DNA from: Lytechinus pictus
Taxonomy: Eukaryota
Reading direction: 5' to 3'
Assembly: GCF_037042905.1 (NCBI RefSeq)
Contig: NC_087251.1
Location: 21,020,001-21,080,000, forward strand
Length of the DNA: 60,000 nt
Shown: positions 53,035 through 60,000 of the stretch, piece after piece
Layout: every line of letters starts with the position of its first letter
How positions within the stretch are numbered: the stretch's first letter is position 1
Program-made: the position numbers and the translations under genes
Notes under the pieces: generated by a model
Seen by the model: only the letters and a program-made list of their open reading frames with translations
Database searches by the model: none
What the model was told of the DNA's origin: nothing

Positions 53035-53615
53035 ATGGATGTTCCAGGCTAAAAATATTTATATCTAAATAAATAGAGTAAAATTCACGAAGCAAAATGC
53101 TAAAAATTTCATCAAAATCGGATAATTTTTTTTAATTTATCAATATTTTGTGAAAACAGTTATATGCACATCGTCACGAATATTCATTAGGTGGGCTGAT
53201 GATGTTATATCTCCACTTTCCTTTTTCTTATGTTATTACATGAAATCATAAATGTTTCATTTTTCATACATGTGTAAATGATGTGTCTCCATTATGCTGA
53301 AATAAGTTGCGGCAATAAATAACTAATACACTTAATCACTTGTCAATCCAATCGTTTTAGTTTTGTTTTAGTTTTGAATAAACCTAATTTCATATAATAA
53401 AATACAAACGAACAAGTGGGGATATGACATCATCAAACCATCTGATGAATATTCATGAAGACATGCCTAGAACTGTTTCACCGGAATAATACAAATGTTT
53501 ATAATTCAATAACTTCGTAATTTGTTATCCGATTTTGATCAAATTTTCAGCATTTTGCTTTGTGAATTATACTCTATTTATTGGAATATAAATAATTCCA
53601 GCCTGTACCATCCCT
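53035..53615 (-). mobile_element. Kolobok-like non-autonomous element, family B copy 2 (inverted relative to copy 1)
   Basis: TTAA at 53031-53034 and 53616-53619; ACATGCCTAGAACTGTTTCACCGGAATAAT near its right end is the reverse complement of ATTATTCCGGTGAAACAGTTCTAGGCATGT near the left end of 33495-34096. Confidence 0.87.
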
Positions 53616-56600
53616 TTAATATGATTATGATAATATATAAGGGGAGAATATTCGACGAAAAAGAAGTGTCTTAAAATGAGTATCCTCAGATGAAAATATC
53701 CTTTCGGCATCAAGTATTCTTAATAATATTCTTTGTTAAGGTGCATGTCTGGAAATTCACCTTAAAACTTAATATCTCCTCATACATGTTTCTTGTTTAG
53801 GGTAATAGGACAAATACTTATAAATTGTCTTGTCGTCTCTGGAATGATATCAATTTATTTATTAACTATGTATATGCTCTATAAATCATACAGTTGCGTA
53901 AGCTATATTAAATTACGAGTATAAATTCCGATACGGACAATTATCTACACCTCTCCGGTTTCATTCAAAAATTCAGAAATCTAACGCCAATTCTCTATGG
54001 TGAATAAGTAAAATAAGCAAGGCATCGATTATAATCGAGATGATAACTTCCATTCATGAAATCCGATACTAACAAAATGGACATACCAATAGCAATCTGC
54101 ATCCTCACATTATCAGCTACACAATGCTAGCATTTCCACAGGGACGTTTACATTTGAAACCTCGGTAGGTATTTCAGCGCAAAATGTACTGCACGATATT
54201 AATCAAAGACATTCGTTGCATCAACCTCGCCAAGAATTACAAACGCCATCAATCGATAATAGGCGTTTAGTTTCGTTTATAGTTTACGATACCGTACTTC
54301 CAATCGGCTATCTGGGACAAACTTCATATTAAGTTTATTTGAAAGCACAAGGTTTTTAATGTCTATTAGAAAAAGTGTCTGATAGGGGTAGATGGTAGAC
54401 AGGTTTCATGACCATTATGGCTGCCCAACAAACGACCTGTATCAAAGAGCAAGTGTATACTTAACTGGGAATATTGATCGAGAAATGACAAATACCAAAT
54501 TGTGAACAGGGAGATCTGAGCATAATGAAACTAGTTCTTTTCTATGCTTATAATGTTTTATATAGTTGTCGGTGGTTTACAAGCATGCATAAACCTGATG
54601 ACATGCACTGAAATGCAGGGATATTGCTAAAGGAAATATCGTGAATGTGATCAACATGTTCTGAAAATAAGAAATGTATTTTTTTTCCGAAAAACTTTGG
54701 TCTACAAATCGAACTTTTTCTAAACATAATCTCCAATTATGAGGAGCACTTTGAACACAATTAGGTATTTGAATGTCAAACTGCTTATTTTGGGATAAGC
54801 AACATTTAACCCTGTTTTGCAATGTGAATGGGGCCTTCAATCACCCCTTACTAATCCTCTTCCGCCATTGAACTGAACATCAAACAAAGACAAAGAGAAC
54901 GTGCCACTCTCCTTGCTTGGAGAATGAATTAAAATTGCATTGCTCAATACTCATCAGCAGTGCTCTCGGTGAAATTTTAATTGATTTAATCGCGCGTTTC
55001 GCATGACATTTATGAAATATTCACGATCGAAGCGTAATTACGCGAGCACTACCAAGTGATGATCCATTGACATCGTTGAATACGCTGTGAAACATATAAT
55101 ATGAACTTTATTTCACACGAATAGATGTCTACTTTCTTTCAGTTTCTCCCTTTCTTTTGATGATGTACACAGACTGTGTTTCACATTTTAAAGCTTCTCT
55201 GAATTCTGACTACCTACAAGCAGGTACGTGCAGTGTGTCGAGGAAATTTCATAGAAGCATTAAAGAGCTTGTCATATATTTAACATGATCGGTATTGTTG
55301 AGCTAGATATCAAGAGAGTTTGATTGATAATGCCTCAAAGCGTAGGTAAAGATCACAGAACCGGGTCAGAAACAATTAATTATATTAGAAAAAAATATGA
55401 AAATGGGAAATCTGTAAGGAAAATGAGTATGTTGTGTGTGTATAAGTAGCAGTGGGTTATAACCAGAATATTACATGCAATCTTTATACTTCTTCATGAG
55501 CCATTGATCAAACGCGCATTCTAATATGTCAAATTTACTGGCATTTCCTGTACAATATTTTCATCTATTGCATATTTAGACGATATAGATTCATAAAATT
55601 ATTGCGCATATTTGAAAATGAACAGACGGAGAGAGATGTTGTGAGCTAGAGAGTTTGTTGCGTTTTAGTGCGTGTGTTTGTGGTCCTGCTGGGTATGTGT
55701 GTGTGCGTGCGCGTATGTAGTAGGCCTTTACTTGTTAGCGGTGTTCCCGTGTTTATTTTGAAATAACCTGAAAAAAAAATCTGACGTGTTCCTGGTATCT
55801 AAAATCCATTTCATATGCAGAAAGCATATTTCACAACTATTTCAACGACCATCAACATGATAGAACTTAGAAATTCATTCTTAAGTCATTTTTTGTGAAC
55901 ATCATTCACACATTTTTAAATGAATGAAAATGGGTATTACTTCATGCATCAAGGTCACAAGCCGTCAAAAGACTATTACTTCATCACCTCTCCTAGATGG
56001 AAAAAAAAACTCTCAACTTGCCAAAATGGCTGAGGTCTCGAGAGGCCTCTGAAATTGTACTCTTTGCACTTTGCGATTTGATGAGTTTTAGTGCCATCCC
56101 ATTTCACGTTGAATCCACGGGGAGTGAAGCCGCTCAATACCCGATCAAACTACCAATTAGGGCAGAAATAATGATCATTCTCTATAACTGCCATCGATCC
56201 GGCTTAGACTGGACACTGACCGAACTAGAATAAAAAAAACAATCAAACAACATCAACAAACACAGGGAGGTAATGCGCGTATATGGAAAGCTACTAATTT
56301 TGTTTTATAATGGACCGTCTCCCGAGTATTCCAGGTGTAGTATTGGGGTGTACTAATTAAAGGAATTAAACATAATAATGATTGTATATCTTTCAATCTG
56401 GTAAAGGAGTTTTCCATAATTGGGTAATCTATATTCTAAATATATACAATTTTTATTACTCTCATTACGAAATCAATTTACCATTGGTGTTAAAACATAT
56501 AAAAGTAAATATCTCTTCTTTAATATTCACGTGATGTCTTAACAGTACTACGTCCTTATGTTTCTAAAATAATGCCATGATTTCAAAAGTGACAATGCAC

Positions 56601-56677
56601 ATACTGAATATTGAGTCCCATCTTCTACATTTGCGCTTCAAATTTTATTAATTGCACAACGTAATGAATCACATTAA

Positions 56678-56702
56678 GAGAGAGAGTGAGAGAGAGAGAG
56701 AG
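56678..56702. repeat. (AG)n microsatellite
   Basis: GAGAGAGAGTGAGAGAGAGAGAGAG. Confidence 0.85.
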
Positions 56703-59700
56703 TGCTCATAAGAGAGCCTTAGCTCCCCTTTAAAAAATCACTTTGGTTTTGTGCTCACATTCCCTTCGAACAATTTTAATCAGTGCATGCATCATAAATT
56801 TCACAATGTGACGTCCAAATATTAACGTTTGCTTAAGTATCCTCTGACAGAGCGCTTTACGACGCAATTACACTATTAAAAATAATGCGAGCAACTGAAA
56901 ACAGCCTTTTTTATGCCTAGGATGATTTTGATCAAATAATGACTTACAATCACGACATAAATGTGTCAATATATTATTCATATTACACGAGGCCAGGCAG
57001 TTAAGGGAAACATTTCCCAGCGTTTAATTACCTATTTAAATCAGGATATGCTTAGGAAAAGGGAAGGTTCGCAGGGATGATCCAAAACTCCTTAAGTGTA
57101 TACAGAGTGGACTTTTGAGTCAAGTGCAGCATTTTTCGGCAATAAAAAAAGTTATCTGTATCGTAAAAACATGAACAAATTTGTCGCTAGGCAACAAGAA
57201 AAGGCTTCTTTATTTGTGCTTGCCTTCAGAAGTGTCATCATTCGCCATTATGATCGTCACTAATGTGTTTGGATAGTTGAGTGAAGGGAAATGCAGTCGA
57301 ATGCTTGAGAGAAGTGTCAGGTTAATTTCACGCCCTTCCCAGAACATTCTGTAGTCTAAATTAGGAAAAATTGTAATAATAAATTCGATACAGCGTATAC
57401 TAATACAGTATATGATTTTGGCAGTCACTATAAAACTACTATTGGTACCCCCATCTTTTTTATCTGGCTTACTATTACTACCTGAAATATGATAGCGGAA
57501 TTATGCATTACATTTCTTTTGATCATCAATAATTCAAAATAGCTATATTAATCTAAAATGTGTTTCTATTTTTTTTTTTTCAATTTAGTGCGTACTAGAT
57601 ACACATTGACCTTCGATCTCCTTCACACACACATCACCATCTTACTCACATCACAAAAGCACACACACACACGTACTCTTACCGCGAAACCTAAAACCCC
57701 CTCTCTTTCCCACCCACACCCACACACTCATAGCACAATTCCCCCTTACGCATTCTATCACCAGTACATATGCACACACAAGACCTCATATTTAAAGCGG
57801 TAGACTTTTGCTGGGTTTTGTGTTTGAGGGTGTGGGAGGGTGTGTGCGCGAGCGCGAGGTTTTGGATGTGTGTATCTCGGGAGGAGGTGGACAACCTTTT
57901 AGGACATGATCTTTACAAACGAGACGTTCATTTTATGATGATAGCCATAATGCACCATGGAAATACGATGTAATGAATGAGAAAAGCGGCTGTGTGCTAT
58001 TAGCCTGTCTGCATTATTTGATATTATCAGTATCATATTCTGAGGCACAGTCTCTAACATTATAGATTTATTAGGATCATGGAAAGGCCGAGCAACATGA
58101 TTATTATTTTTTTTTGCGGAGGGGGGGGGGTCGGGGGAGGTCAGATTACAGGTATCATTGACGTAGGTAGCTTATAAAAGATAATTCAAGCGGATGTACA
58201 TGATTATTAAATGAAACTTACAATTTATTCTTGTTTCCATTATACAATCAACCACGGCGTATGTCCAATAGGTTTAGATACATTTCTTGGTTAAGGCTTG
58301 TGTTATTTACTTTTTGTTTGAAAGATGTTAAATTTCATTTCAATGAAGCAGTGATCACGTAATACTAATAATGGGAGTGATGCTGTGTCATATTTTTCTT
58401 TGCATTCGTTTAAACAACAAACACATTATGGAATACAAAAAATAAGCATTTTGCTCGTTAAGACTATTCCATAATTAGATACTGTTTTAATACAAAATAT
58501 CGATGTACAGCTAAATTGATTTAACTTTTCTCCATGATACTAGCCCATATTAGCTTCTCAGAATAAGCCCTTAAATACCTATCTTTATAATACTTAGGAT
58601 TATTTAGATCAATATTCGAACTTTGAAGAAACAAAAGCTCGAAAGCAGGGGAAAATTTGGGTGTATTATCTTTTTTGCAGCAACAGGGGAAATGTAGTAT
58701 ACTGAATGAAATAATGTATTTCCTGCGCTCGGAATGAAGTGCATTATACGGAGACAAACTAATTTCCTTGATTAATGTTGAAGAATTATTTGGAAGACAT
58801 CTCTATCAATCCATTATTGGAGGTACATGCTGGCCTTACCCTGCCATCCAAATCAAGACGGTGAAGCATTAATAATCCGAGATACATATCTAATCATAGA
58901 CAGAGACAAAGCAAAGATCATCAAGGCTGGAAAATGCAATACCTGATGACAACCTCTAATCACATTACGATTACACAGGCCATAATCAACTCACTTGTCT
59001 CATGAGCTCGCCACATACAGATGGAAAACTCGACAAAATTAGCTGCATATCATATATGTCAACAAATGTTCAACCTATCTACATAGCATTTAGTGTCTTT
59101 ATACATGCAGCTCCTAATGAAATGTGTTTAATGCAGCTCGTTTTCCAAGTAATCTCCGCTATGTTTTTGATTTGGCTTACTGTCGTTGAAATAAGTTACT
59201 CAATCTTTGTCATTTTAGAGTGGAATTAATAAAATATTGATTATTAAGACATTGTAATAGAATAATCAATTACCCAGGTGCTCGAGGGCATATTATGTTA
59301 CAAGAATTATATCCACCCACACTTATCATGCTCATCATTACTTGACATCAATATTTACGGCACATTAAAAAAAATTATCGATAAAAATAAAATAAAACAT
59401 TTTATAACCCTAAAACAAAAAGTATAATGACCCCATCGCAAGGACAGTTGGACTATCATCTTAAAGCAAGCTAATAATCGCATGCGATTAAACTGACTAA
59501 ACGGAGAGACAGAGATACTTTTCAACAAAAATGTATTTCTCTCAAAATTTATTGTTTTTACGCTTCCATTCTGAATGGAACCTATATCAAACGTTGAAAA
59601 TGCACCTCAAAATGAATGAAAAAAATCCTTACTTCCTGAACTTAATATTGCCGACAGTAGAATAGACCATAATTTTCCTTCACTCAAAGACAAGTTACCT

Positions 59701-60000
59701 ATAACCTAGTTCAGCAAATTTTATAAAAAGATCACCCTATTGATATGTTCTTCTGACCTTCCCGTATTCTCCAAACCTTAATTAAGGTTAAAATTGCAAT
59801 ATTTCACACATGCCGAGCTGGACCGCGGTGATTGATTTAAATTGAACCCCAGCAAGCACGTACGCATTCAACCATTTATCAAACGAAAGATCTTAAGTAT
59901 TCTGTGTTAAGAAATTCTGAGCGCACCTCGATATCAGCGATACCCTTCGCTACAAAGTGGTAAGCGTAAGCAGACAAAATTAAAAGCAGTTGGAATACAC

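Noticed and set aside
58840..58927. Possible upstream 5' UTR exon (minus; TTTTCCAG ... CAGG|GTAAGG)
   Set aside because: Splice-like motifs only, with no frame or compositional support.
227..59229. Remaining 60-120 aa ORFs in the track
   Set aside because: No domain motifs; many overlap MITEs, SINEs or simple repeats; this many short ORFs is expected by chance in 60 kb.

Overview
This is AT-rich, intron-dominated animal DNA, not prokaryotic. The repeat repertoire (tRNA-derived SINEs with a CORE-like body, Kolobok/Harbinger/hAT/Tc1 MITEs, a Tsp/HINE-like core-repeat element) suggests an invertebrate deuterostome, most likely a sea urchin; this is inference. The only long real ORF is the reverse transcriptase of a 5'-truncated L2/CR1-group LINE (8016-9137, minus). 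Reading splice signals by eye gives the 5' end of a large minus-strand host gene that the ORF track misses. It has a start-codon exon (50439-50519) spliced in phase to a 96-bp exon (36846-36941), giving MEALQSAPYSANLPPELRPAMNVPEVNDGRGLDIWPTPANSTYGRVG. Weaker downstream candidates are a 105-bp exon (31060-31164) and a 14-nt microexon (16616-16629). I cannot name the gene. The introns hold more than a dozen non-autonomous DNA transposons with visible TIRs/TSDs, including a nested MITE pair and two inverted-orientation pairs that bracket the exons. They also hold two SINEs, a ~70-bp minisatellite and several microsatellites. No CRISPR array, operon or clearly novel biological system is supported.
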